Below are positions 1 through 7,620 of a stretch of 22,635 nt of DNA, piece after piece. The position numbers were made by a program, and so were the translations under genes. Where the stretch lies: the NCBI GenBank assembly GCA_903901045.1, contig CAIUPP010000147.1, positions 1 through 22,635 on the forward strand. Direction: 5' to 3'. This DNA comes from an uncultured Planctomycetota bacterium. Its GTDB lineage: Bacteria > Planctomycetota > Brocadiia > CAIUPP01. The first letter of the stretch is position 1. Every line of letters starts with the position of its first letter. A model generated the notes under the pieces. The model saw only the letters and a list, made by a program, of their open reading frames with translations. It was not told the origin of the DNA and made no database searches.

Positions 1-101
1 GCGCCGCCGAGATGGCCCTCCACGAAGGGGCCACAGAACTCGCCGACCGCATACGACAGGGAATCGGCGAGGCGCTGGGGATGGGGGGCGTCAAGGAGTG
101 A
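1..101 (+). CDS. 3' end of an unidentified protein-coding gene (partial, frame 3; C-terminal peptide ...AAEMALHEGATELADRIRQGIGEALGMGGVKE, stop TGA 99-101)
   Basis: Open frame running in from the window edge to TGA at 99-101 with protein-like composition. No family recognised. Confidence 0.3.
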   Translation, partial: AAEMALHEGATELADRIRQGIGEALGMGGVKE

Positions 102-192
102 AGAAACGGCACGATTGAATGGGGACGGGAATCGACGGCGAGTACCGAATACTGAGTGCTGAATATGCCCTGTAGAAAACAGGCGAACGCTC

Positions 193-485
193 CTTTGCGG
201 CAGCCGCAATAGCAGGGGCTCGGCATTGAATCCGTAGTCATCGCGAGCCATTCGACGTTGCTCATGGCCCTGAGTGTATCGAAGGGCGAGCGCCGCGAAG
301 AACTATGTTGGCTCGCTGCGGATCGTCGGCGCGAACGCGGCGATCTTCCTGTTTCCCAACCCACCCGATGCCCGGGGTTTCTGTCCGCACCGAGGGGGCT
401 GGAAACCGGAAGATTGCCGCAGTCGGCGCGATTGCCGGACTGACCGCGCAACCCCCTGCGGCGCGCCTCCTTCGCAATGACGACC
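193..485 (+). mobile_element. gamma-family TIR-bounded repeat, copy R1 (MITE-like, about 290 bp)
   Basis: About 75% identical by eye to 7621-7868, 21873-22035 and the reverse complement of 2872-2958. Termini GTCATCGCGAG (left) and CTTCGCAATGAC (right) form imperfect terminal inverted repeats. An internal stem GCGGCGATCTTCC / GGAAGATTGCCGC is conserved. Imperfect direct repeats ACCGAATACTGAGTG at 143-165 and 537-560 lie outside the element. Confidence 0.6.
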
Positions 486-788
486 TATTTGTTGCTGCCG
501 CGCAGGTTATCGCCCCTGGCATGAGTTCTACAAAGCACACCGAATACTGAGTGACGAATGAACGCTAAGGCGCGCCATAATGAGCGACGCCATTTTGGGC
601 CGCCCCTTCAGGGCTCGGGGAAAGGGGGGGCCGTTTTCCCAGGGCGCTGCCCTGGGCTGGTATGGGTCGCGCTTTCAGCGCTTGATTGCTCGAGTAGCTG
701 CGGTTTGTTGCTCCATCGCGCGCTGCATCTCTGCAAGATCTCCATAAACCTTGACTTCACCCATGAGCGGCCCTACCTTTAAGGTGAC

Positions 789-2957
789 TTGCTCAGCTGC
801 CCGCATGGCACGACGTCATCGAGTCCTGGAGGGAGGATTCCCCTGAACGAACTTCGGGAGCTATGGCGTAAGGGACGACTGCGCCAATGGGCTCTAGTCC
901 TTGGTTTGGCCGCCCTGCCTGCACTATGCATGGGTCTCGCCGCAAGCCTCCGGGAGTTCTCTGCGGGCATGGTTGTTAGCGCTCTGCTGCTGTGGGCCCT
1001 TGCGGTCGCGTCGGGGGTCCATCACTTCGCGTGTGAATACAGCGGCAAAGTTGTTGGACCTGGCGGCGTTGATGCGTACAGTTGGTGGCAGGACTTTGGC
1101 GTCAAGGCCGCGGCGATTCTCGGACCGGTCAGCCTCAGTACGGCAGCGATGGCTTGCGCGGTTCACCTGACTTCCATCCAGTCACCCTTGTTTGCAGAAC
1201 ACCGGTGGATAAGGGGAATCAGCGCAGTTGCATGGGGCGACATCGGACTGTTCCTGTTCGGAGTCGCGTTGGTCCCGGCGGTCGCCTCATCCATGGTTCA
1301 AGCGTTCGCGTTTCGCAAACCGGCGAGTATCCTTTTGCCAATTGGCTCGTCGGCTCTTGCTGTACTTGTGGCTTGGTGGGTCGAAGATGTTAGCTGGCCG
1401 CCAGATGCGGTATGGGCGGTTCTGGCCGTTGGGGCAGTCATGGTCCTGGCTTATACATTCCTCGTTGGCTGCGTCTGGCGCAATCGGCAGGCTGCGGCAT
1501 CACGGTGGCGGCGATTTCGACGCTGGTCGGCAAGCATAGCGGCGGTTCTCCTCCTCGTCGCCCTGCCGCTTGGCAAGTACGTGTTTGTCACGTTCTTTGC
1601 ATCGCCCTCTTTTTTCATAACGAAGGGGATGGCAGTGCCGTGTGTGCCCCTCTTCGGGGACGCAGGCACTAGCGGGGGCAGTAGGATATCAGGCATTGCT
1701 TTTGATCAGGCGTGGCGCGGATGGCCACGCGGATTCTTCTATGATGTGAAGTCCGGGCGGGGAATATGGGTCAGCAGAATCCTCGCGAGCGCTCCGGATC
1801 GCAGTGGCTGGTCGCCATCGGGAAAGCGCTGCGTCATAGACAGAATAAGGATGTTGCTGTGTCCGTTATCACCGGCGGCTTCTTTGTCAGGAATAGAAGA
1901 TGGTGGGTGGGCGGATCCCAAGGTATTTCTTGACGTGTCTGAGCCGGACACGGGGCTCAGCATTGACTTGACCGGTCTTTGTCCGGACTTCTATCACAGT
2001 ATCTTCTATTCCACCGGCAGCACTGATTCAATAATCTGGGTTGATGACCATACCATCCTGCTCTGCGATGACAGCGCGGTTTCCTTTGTCAATATTGAAA
2101 CTGGGGAATTACACCGCTGCGTTGCCGGAAGTGATTGGCAGCCTTCATCGGACGTTCGGTGGACCGGCCAAAGTGCCATCGCAGGCGTCGCGTTTGCTGA
2201 AGGCCAAGTGCCGGGTGGGATGATCTGGCTGAGTTACAGGTGGGACAAAGCCAAAGCCGAAGCCTGGCACGTTACTGACGGCCCCCCAGGCCAATCGAAT
2301 GTTCGCGGCGTTTCGCCCGATGGACGATGGGCTGTCATGGGCGGGGGAAACATCAACGGCTCCGGAGCTTGGGACGATGACGTCTTCCTTGTGTCCTTGG
2401 TTGATGGCAGACCGCCGATTTTGCTTCGGACCGTGAAGCCAAACATGAAGTTGGCCTTTGGCAGGGAATGCTGGTTTGTCTGTTTTCTGCCCGACAACCA
2501 GCATGTTGTATTGAGTAGTCAGAATGATATCTTGATAGCGAACATCGATGATTTATCGTGCAGAACAATAAACGTCATTCCAGAACCGGACAAAAGAAAA
2601 GCCCGATTCAGCTACTTGACCTCCTCCCCCAATAAGCGATTCCTTTTCCTGGTAGCATGCCCCTCTGTCGGTTGGAAGAGCCTGTGGCGCGGGGTGCTTG
2701 ACTTGGAAACCGGCCAGCGATGGACATTCCCTTCCCAGGAGGTCTGGGATTCGGGAGTAGAATGGGTCGATGACGAAATGTTGGTTGGCGCTCAGGTTGG
2801 GACGCCGTGGATGATAATCAATCGTGACGGTACGGGCCAAAGGCCGCTCGGGCAACCGGACAGCGGGGAAAGGGTGAGGAACAAGGAAGATCGCCCCGCT
2901 CGCGCCGGGAACCGTTTGCCCGCAAATGCCACCTTCGCCGGCGGTCGCTCGCGATGA
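789..2957 (+). CDS. polytopic membrane protein with a C-terminal PD40/TolB-like beta-propeller repeat region (hypothetical, 722 aa)
   Basis: Long ORF. The N-terminal roughly 300 aa contain multiple hydrophobic helices. The C-terminal half has repeated SPDGRW / SPSGKR / SPNKRF beta-propeller-type motifs. GC is lower than in the neighbouring housekeeping genes. The start (TTG at 789) is uncertain, with in-frame ATGs at 930 and 969. The last ~28 codons and the stop lie inside gamma repeat copy R4. Confidence 0.55.
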   Translation: MLSCPHGTTSSSPGGRIPLNELRELWRKGRLRQWALVLGLAALPALCMGLAASLREFSAGMVVSALLLWALAVASGVHHFACEYSGKVVGPGGVDAYSWWQDFGVKAAAILGPVSLSTAAMACAVHLTSIQSPLFAEHRWIRGISAVAWGDIGLFLFGVALVPAVASSMVQAFAFRKPASILLPIGSSALAVLVAWWVEDVSWPPDAVWAVLAVGAVMVLAYTFLVGCVWRNRQAAASRWRRFRRWSASIAAVLLLVALPLGKYVFVTFFASPSFFITKGMAVPCVPLFGDAGTSGGSRISGIAFDQAWRGWPRGFFYDVKSGRGIWVSRILASAPDRSGWSPSGKRCVIDRIRMLLCPLSPAASLSGIEDGGWADPKVFLDVSEPDTGLSIDLTGLCPDFYHSIFYSTGSTDSIIWVDDHTILLCDDSAVSFVNIETGELHRCVAGSDWQPSSDVRWTGQSAIAGVAFAEGQVPGGMIWLSYRWDKAKAEAWHVTDGPPGQSNVRGVSPDGRWAVMGGGNINGSGAWDDDVFLVSLVDGRPPILLRTVKPNMKLAFGRECWFVCFLPDNQHVVLSSQNDILIANIDDLSCRTINVIPEPDKRKARFSYLTSSPNKRFLFLVACPSVGWKSLWRGVLDLETGQRWTFPSQEVWDSGVEWVDDEMLVGAQVGTPWMIINRDGTGQRPLGQPDSGERVRNKEDRPARAGNRLPANATFAGGRSR

Positions 2958-2958
2958 C
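2872..2958 (-). repeat. gamma-family repeat, partial copy R4 (left terminus plus central stem, with an internal deletion)
   Basis: The reverse complement reads GTCATCGCGAG ... GGCGCGAGCGGGGCGATCTTCCTTGTTCCTCACCC, matching the R1 terminus and central stem. The TGA in the CGCGATGAC terminus is the stop codon of the 722-aa ORF. Confidence 0.5.
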
Positions 2959-2960
2959 TG

Positions 2961-3058
2961 GAAGCTGTTTCAAAACTCGGCAGGTGGCGCGGACTAACGA
3001 GTCCGCGCTATGTTTCTCGCGGGTTTGATAACCCACGCCACAGTTTTGAAACAGCTTC
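2961..3058. repeat. nested palindrome: outer arms GAAGCTGTTTCAAAACTC / CAGTTTTGAAACAGCTTC around an inner perfect hairpin GCGCGGACT-AACG-AGTCCGCGC
   Basis: Inverted repeats read directly. The outer arms match 17 of 18 positions and are about 60 bp apart. The inner 9-bp stem at 2987-3008 is perfect. Confidence 0.6.
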
Positions 3059-3148
3059 TAATTGTTCGCGTTTGCGCCTGCACCCCGCCGTCGCCGTCTC
3101 CGTTCACTCGCCGCTCACTACTCAGTATTCTGCGCTCGCTACTCGCCG

Positions 3149-4282
3149 TTACTTCCTCTGCTCTCCCCCCTTGTACATCCTCGGAATGCGCCCGGTGAGC
3201 GAGGTGACGACGACGTGGGGGATGGTGTCCAGCAGGGTAGCGACTTCCTCGACAGTGATGCGTTCCTTCCCCTGCGCGCCGAGAAGCACCGCCTCGTCGT
3301 TCGCGCAGACGCCGGGAATATCGGTCACGTCCAGCATCGTCATATCCATGCAGACGCGCCCGACGATGGGCGCGCGCCGGCCGCGCACGAGCGCGTGCCC
3401 CTTGTTGGAATTGCCGCGATTCCAGCCGTCGGCGTAGCCGATGGGAAGCACGGCGATCTGCGACGCGCGCCGCGCCGTCCAGGTGCGCCCGTAGCTGACC
3501 GTCGCCCCCTCCGGCACCTCGCGCACCTGCGCCAGGCGGGTCTTGAGCGTCATCGCCTCGCGCAGTTCCACCGGGCGCGCCGTCTCGGGGGAGGGGTAGC
3601 TGCCGTACATGGCGATCCCCGGGCGCACCGCGTCGAACCGCGCCTCGGGGTATTGCAGCAGCCCGCCGGAGTTGCAGGCGTGCCAGAGCGGGATGCGGAA
3701 GTTGATGGCGTGGGTTGTCTGATGCAGGCTGGTGAAGAGGCGGATCTGCTCGCGCGTGAACTCCGCCCCGGCGCGTTCGTCTGCGCTGGCGAAGTGCGTC
3801 ATCACCCCGGCGACGCTCAGCCCCGGCAATTCGGCGATCCGGCGCACCACCTTCATCGCCTGCTCGACGGGGAAGCCGACGCGCCCCATGCCGGTGTCGA
3901 ATTTCAGGTGAATGTCCACCGTCCGGCGGCGCTTGCGCGCGACCTCGTCCAGCCTCGCCGCGAAGTCCAGGTCTCCCACGACGACCTCGAAGCCGAAGTC
4001 GCAGATCGCCTCGACTTCGACGAGCCCTTGCGCGCCGAGGATGAGGATGCTGCCGGGGAGCTGGGCGTCGTAGAGCATCGCCCCTTCCTCGACCGTCGCC
4101 ACGGCGAAGCGCTTCACCCCGCCGGCGGAGAGCGTCCAGCTCACCGGTATCGCGCCGTGGCCGTAGCCGTCCGCCTTGACGATGCCGATCATCTCCACCT
4201 TCTCACCCGCCAGCTTGCGCAGCTCGCGCAAGTTGTGGGCGATGGCGGAAAGGTCGATCTCGGCGATCGTGGGACGAGGCAT
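3149..4282 (-). CDS. alr: alanine racemase
   Basis: The translation (MPRPTIAEIDL...GIVKADGYGHGA...) has the PLP-lysine motif VKADGYGHG and matches Alr in length (377 aa) and architecture. The start is taken at the internal ATG (reverse-complement CAT 4280-4282) rather than the ORF-track start, because the upstream 37 codons translate the hairpin repeat. Confidence 0.88.
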   Translation of the reverse strand: MPRPTIAEIDLSAIAHNLRELRKLAGEKVEMIGIVKADGYGHGAIPVSWTLSAGGVKRFAVATVEEGAMLYDAQLPGSILILGAQGLVEVEAICDFGFEVVVGDLDFAARLDEVARKRRRTVDIHLKFDTGMGRVGFPVEQAMKVVRRIAELPGLSVAGVMTHFASADERAGAEFTREQIRLFTSLHQTTHAINFRIPLWHACNSGGLLQYPEARFDAVRPGIAMYGSYPSPETARPVELREAMTLKTRLAQVREVPEGATVSYGRTWTARRASQIAVLPIGYADGWNRGNSNKGHALVRGRRAPIVGRVCMDMTMLDVTDIPGVCANDEAVLLGAQGKERITVEEVATLLDTIPHVVVTSLTGRIPRMYKGGEQRK

Positions 4283-4307
4283 TGTGCCGTTCCGATAAGA
4301 AAACATA

Positions 4308-4452
4308 CGACGATTTCTGATTTCTGAGTTCTGATTACTGATTTCAGATTGGACGGCAACTACGAAGCACATCCGGCACGATACGCCGCGCACTACCTTA
4401 TTATGGGAGGCTGTTGAATCAGAAATCAGAACTCAGAAATCAGAAATCGTTC
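4308..4452. repeat. long palindromic element H1 with arms built from about 8-bp tandem repeats (TTTCTGAT/TTTCTGAG)
   Basis: Left arm CGATTTCTGATTTCTGAGTTCTGATT (4311-4336) is the perfect reverse complement of 4424-4449. The arms extend imperfectly to about 37 bp around a ~65 bp core. It lies between the hisB stop and the alr start and is followed on the minus strand by a U-rich tract (GUUUUCUU). Confidence 0.7.
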
Positions 4453-4468
4453 GTCCCCCCGCCCGTCG

Positions 4469-5074
4469 TTACAGAACGCCCTTTGTCGACGGAACTCCCT
4501 TGACGCGCGGGTCCAGTTGCGTCGCGGCGTCGAGCGCTTTGGCCAGCGCTTTGAAAATCGCCTCGGCAATGTGGTGGCTGTTGCGGCCGTAGGGGACGTT
4601 GACGTGCAGGTTCATCCCGGCGTTCGCCGCCAGCGCGCGGAGGAACTCCTCCACCAGTTGGACGTCGAAATCGCCGGTCTTCTCGCTTGGGAATTTGACG
4701 CGGTACACCAGCATCCCTCGGCCGCTGAGGTCGAGGACGACCTCGGCGAGAGAGTCCTCCATCGGCACGGACATCTGGCCGAAGCGGCGGATCCCCGCGC
4801 GCTCCCCCAGCGCCTCCTTGAACGCCTGCCCGAGGCAGATGGCGACATCCTCCACGGTGTGGTGCGCGTCCACCTGGGTGTCGCCGGTCGCCTTGATGCG
4901 CAGGTCGAACAGCCCGTGGCGGGCCAGCAGGTCGAGCATGTGGTCGAGGAAGCCGACGCCGGTGGATATCTCGCTGCGCCCCTCGCCGTCCACGGTCAGG
5001 GAGAGGGTGATCTCCGTCTCGCGCGTCTTGCGGCGGACCTCCGCCTTTCTTGCTGCCATCTCATGCTCCTCCAA
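4469..5074 (-). CDS. hisB: imidazoleglycerol-phosphate dehydratase
   Basis: About 200 aa with the IGPD metal-binding histidine/glutamate motifs (DHHTVED, HHIAEA) and the characteristic duplicated half-domains. The ATG five codons further in (5059) is an alternative start. Confidence 0.9.
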   Translation of the reverse strand: MEEHEMAARKAEVRRKTRETEITLSLTVDGEGRSEISTGVGFLDHMLDLLARHGLFDLRIKATGDTQVDAHHTVEDVAICLGQAFKEALGERAGIRRFGQMSVPMEDSLAEVVLDLSGRGMLVYRVKFPSEKTGDFDVQLVEEFLRALAANAGMNLHVNVPYGRNSHHIAEAIFKALAKALDAATQLDPRVKGVPSTKGVL

Positions 5075-5134
5075 GGGGCGTATGCATAAACGTTACAGCA
5101 TTATACGCACACGAGGGCGGAAGTAAAATGGGTG

Positions 5135-5308
5135 GAACGGATTCAACGTTCAACATTCGACGTCCGACGTTCAACGTCCAATGAACAGTGACAACGAGGG
5201 TGCGGCGGTGATGACTGTATCCATATCAATTATCATGCCGCGCCCTCTGCGGTGCCGTTGTTTGAACGTTGGACGTCGGACGTCGAATGTTGAACGTTGA
5301 GTCCGTTT
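5135..5308. repeat. long palindromic element H2 with arms built from CAACGTTC/GACGTCC-type short repeats
   Basis: The ~45-bp arms at 5135-5180 and 5260-5308 are near-perfect reverse complements. They flank a ~75-bp core that holds its own GAGGGTGCGGC/GCCGCGCCCTC stem. The right arm overlaps the TAA stop (5307-5309) of the lipoprotein gene. Confidence 0.7.
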
Positions 5309-6071
5309 ACTGCTTCCAGGGATCATACGGCTTCACATCATCCCCCACGAGGTCCCAGCCGAAGATGCCGGTGATGAAATCGAAGATTTGGAGTGGGTAG
5401 ACTTTCGCGCGCGCGCCGACGAAGAGGTGAACCTCGGCCCCCACGCCGAAGCTGTTGCCCGTGACATGAAAGCGGTGCGCCTCCGTGTCGCGCTCCAGGA
5501 AGGTCATGCGGACGCGCGTGAGCGTCTGCGGGATGCCGCGCGTCACCGGGTCCGGCCAGATCGCCTTCTCCGATTCGTAGCTGATCCCGCCCATCGTCAG
5601 AATCGTTCCGCTCTTGTCTCCATTCTCCTGCCCGAGCATCGTGGGGAAGAAGATCAGGCTGGCCGGGAAGGGGAGCGAGCAGATGGTGGTCGTGTTTTCG
5701 TCCAGAATAGCGCTGCGCTGCCCGAGGCGCCAGCGCTGCGCCTCCGTCGCGCCGAACCCGTAGAAGCCGATCAGGTAGTCCACCTCCACCTTGGCCCACT
5801 TGCCGCCGGAGAGGCTCACGTCGAACATGTCCCAGAAATCCAGCGACCGGTTCCTGAAATAGCCGCCGATTTTGCGGCGCAGCGAGAGCGGCCCTTCCTT
5901 GTCCCACTCGGCCCAGGAATCCTCCTTGGGCGCGTTCATGGCCGTCTCGGAGTTCGCGGCGGCGGACACGGTTGCGTCGGAGGAATCGCGATGGCCGCTG
6001 GGCGAGGCGCATCCGGCCAGCCCCAACGCGCCAAACAGCAGGACTGCGGCGGCAAGCGTTGTCTTCATCAT
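5307..6071 (-). CDS. hypothetical lipoprotein (signal peptide MMKTTLAAAVLLFGALGLAGC with lipobox)
   Basis: Signal peptide with an LAGC lipobox. A possible SD (AAGAGG) precedes the internal tandem ATGs, so the start is taken at 6071 rather than 6089. No family recognised. Confidence 0.6.
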   Translation of the reverse strand: MMKTTLAAAVLLFGALGLAGCASPSGHRDSSDATVSAAANSETAMNAPKEDSWAEWDKEGPLSLRRKIGGYFRNRSLDFWDMFDVSLSGGKWAKVEVDYLIGFYGFGATEAQRWRLGQRSAILDENTTTICSLPFPASLIFFPTMLGQENGDKSGTILTMGGISYESEKAIWPDPVTRGIPQTLTRVRMTFLERDTEAHRFHVTGNSFGVGAEVHLFVGARAKVYPLQIFDFITGIFGWDLVGDDVKPYDPWKQ

Positions 6072-6081
6072 TGGCCTCTTG

Positions 6082-6152
6082 TGTGGCACAGCCGCCCTCG
6101 GCTGCGCTGATGCAAGGGAGAGACTCTCACAGCCGAGGGCGGCTGTGCCACA
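6082..6152. promoter_or_regulatory. perfect 23-bp inverted repeat (TGTGGCACAGCCGCCCTCGGCTG / CAGCCGAGGGCGGCTGTGCCACA) with a 25-nt spacer in a divergent intergenic region
   Basis: Read directly. It lies between the lipoprotein gene start (minus strand, 6071) and the RAM-domain gene start (plus strand, 6244). On the minus-strand transcript the stem ends 1 nt before the putative SD. Confidence 0.6.
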
Positions 6153-6243
6153 TTCATCCCCCGCCGTCCAAACCCGGGCGGAAGTATGGTATCATGTCCT
6201 TGCGAGATCGGCCAGAGAAAACCCGCTACTAGGAGACCCTGAC

Positions 6244-6522
6244 ATGGTGACCGCATTCGTCCTGATCAACTGCCGGCGCGACGCGATCCAGGAGACCGCC
6301 GAAGCCCTCAACCGCCTGCCGGGCGTTGCCGAGGTTTACTCCGTCGCGGGCCAGTTCGACCTGGTCGCCGTGGTCCGCGCCAAGTCCAACGATGAGTTGG
6401 CCGAACTGGTCACCGGCCATCTCGTGCGGCTCAAGGGGATCGAGCACACGCAGACGCTCATCAGCTTCAAGGCCTATTCGCGGTTCGACCTGGAGCGGAT
6501 GTTCGGCATCGGGATGGAGTGA
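6244..6522 (+). CDS. stand-alone Lrp/AsnC-type ligand-binding (RAM) domain protein, no HTH (92 aa)
   Basis: MVTAFVLINCRRDAIQETAEALNRLPGVAEVYSVAGQFDLVAVVRAKSNDELAELV...GIEHTQTL matches the AsnC-family C-terminal domain pattern. The SD AGGAGA lies 7 nt upstream of ATG 6244. The longer ORF-track frame beginning at 5872 was rejected. Confidence 0.7.
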   Translation: MVTAFVLINCRRDAIQETAEALNRLPGVAEVYSVAGQFDLVAVVRAKSNDELAELVTGHLVRLKGIEHTQTLISFKAYSRFDLERMFGIGME

Positions 6523-6544
6523 ACGGCTCAGGCCACGGCGGATG

Positions 6545-6627
6545 TTGACTACGAAACACATCGTGCGCGGTATCAGGTGCGCACTGCGCACCGAACCGCG
6601 CACTCTTGCGAAAGGCGCGAAAGCGAA
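6545..6627 (+). mobile_element. alpha-family left terminus (TTGACTACGAAACACA...CGAAAGGCGCGAAAG) interrupted by a nested beta hairpin (ATCGTGCGCGG...CCGCGCAC)
   Basis: The two flanks together reconstitute the alpha TIR seen at 12051, 13076 and 13547. The inserted ~45 bp is a GC-rich double hairpin homologous to 9877-9928. The element ends 4 nt before the GH114 ATG. Confidence 0.6.
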
Positions 6628-6631
6628 GAAT

Positions 6632-7585
6632 ATGAAGCTGCGTCTTGCGCTGCTACCGCTGATCGTTTGCGCCGCACTCGCCTCGCCCGCACCGGCCGAC
6701 GTGGACTACCGCGCCGAGATGAAGTCCTTTGTGGCCGCCATCGCCGCGCATGCGCGCACGGGCAATCCCGACTTCGGCGTGTTCCCCCAGAACGCGTCCG
6801 ATCTGGGGGAGGATGCCGCCTATGTGGATGTCTGCACCGGCATCGGGCAGGAGGATATCCACTACGGCTACACGGGCGACGCCAAGCCCACCCCGCCGGA
6901 GGATGTGGCGCAACTGGAAACGAACCTCGACCGTTTCACCGCGCGCGGAAAGCTGGTGCTCACCCTCGACTACCCCTTCAAGCAAAAGAACAAGCCGCCG
7001 AAGTTCGACCGCAAGACCCTCCAGCGCGTCGATGCCGCCTATGCCGCTTCGCACGCCAGGGGGTACGTTGCGACCGTCGCGGTGCGGGAGTTGAACGTCC
7101 TCACCTTCGCCCCCGGCCACCTGCCTTCGCCCAACGAAAGCCCGATGGAGTGGTCGGACGTTGCGGAGTGGGCGGTGCAACTCCAGCCTGCGCGCAAGCA
7201 ATCGCGCGCGGATTACCTCGGCGCGCTCGGCGCGTCGGGATACGACCTGGTGCTGCTGGACTACTCCTTCGACGGCGGCGCGGATGCGGAGTACACCCCG
7301 GAGGAGATCGCCGCGCTCAAGACGCAGTTGAACGGCAAAGTGGTCGCCTACCTCTCCATCGGCGAGGCGGAGGATTACCGCTGGTACTGGCAACCCACCT
7401 GGAAACCCGGCGCCCCCGCCTGGCTCGGCCGCGAGAACCCGGATTGGAAGGGGAACTACAAGGTCCATTACTGGGACCCGGCCTGGCAGGCGATCGTCAT
7501 GCAGTATCTGGACAAGATCATCGCGCAGGGGTTCGACGGGGTCTACCTGGACCTTGTGGATGCGTATGAGTACTACGAAGAGTAG
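6632..7585 (+). CDS. secreted glycoside hydrolase family 114 (TM1410/PelA-hydrolase-like, endo-alpha-1,4-polygalactosaminidase family) protein
   Basis: Signal peptide MKLRLALLPLIVCAALASPAPA. Conserved GH114-type motifs are present (YLSIGEAEDYRWYW, HYWDPAWQ, GFDGVYLDLVDAY). The start is taken at ATG 6632, downstream of the ORF-track start. Confidence 0.75.
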   Translation: MKLRLALLPLIVCAALASPAPADVDYRAEMKSFVAAIAAHARTGNPDFGVFPQNASDLGEDAAYVDVCTGIGQEDIHYGYTGDAKPTPPEDVAQLETNLDRFTARGKLVLTLDYPFKQKNKPPKFDRKTLQRVDAAYAASHARGYVATVAVRELNVLTFAPGHLPSPNESPMEWSDVAEWAVQLQPARKQSRADYLGALGASGYDLVLLDYSFDGGADAEYTPEEIAALKTQLNGKVVAYLSIGEAEDYRWYWQPTWKPGAPAWLGRENPDWKGNYKVHYWDPAWQAIVMQYLDKIIAQGFDGVYLDLVDAYEYYEE

Positions 7586-7620
7586 GCAGTGAGAACAGTT
7601 CGTGGAGAAGAAGCGGGCGC

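Noticed and set aside
258-550. Small ORFs (61-92 aa) inside gamma copy R1 and the analogous ORFs inside R2 and R3
   Set aside because: Frames are not conserved between copies, because copy-specific indels shift them. Translations are Arg/Pro-rich. The copies are better explained as non-coding repeat DNA.
3062-4327. 421-aa ORF on the plus strand
   Set aside because: It is entirely antisense to the well-supported alr gene. Its composition is Ala/Arg/Pro-rich, typical of spurious antisense frames in high-GC DNA. No SD or recognisable domain.
5872-6243. Upstream extension of the RAM-domain ORF (ORF-track start 5872), and similar upstream extensions of the ORFs at 6326, 8039, 9085 and 13708 beyond the starts I chose
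   Set aside because: The extensions run through repeat elements or the antisense of neighbouring genes. They have no SD and encode low-complexity residues. Homology-supported N-termini with SD motifs lie at the internal starts chosen.
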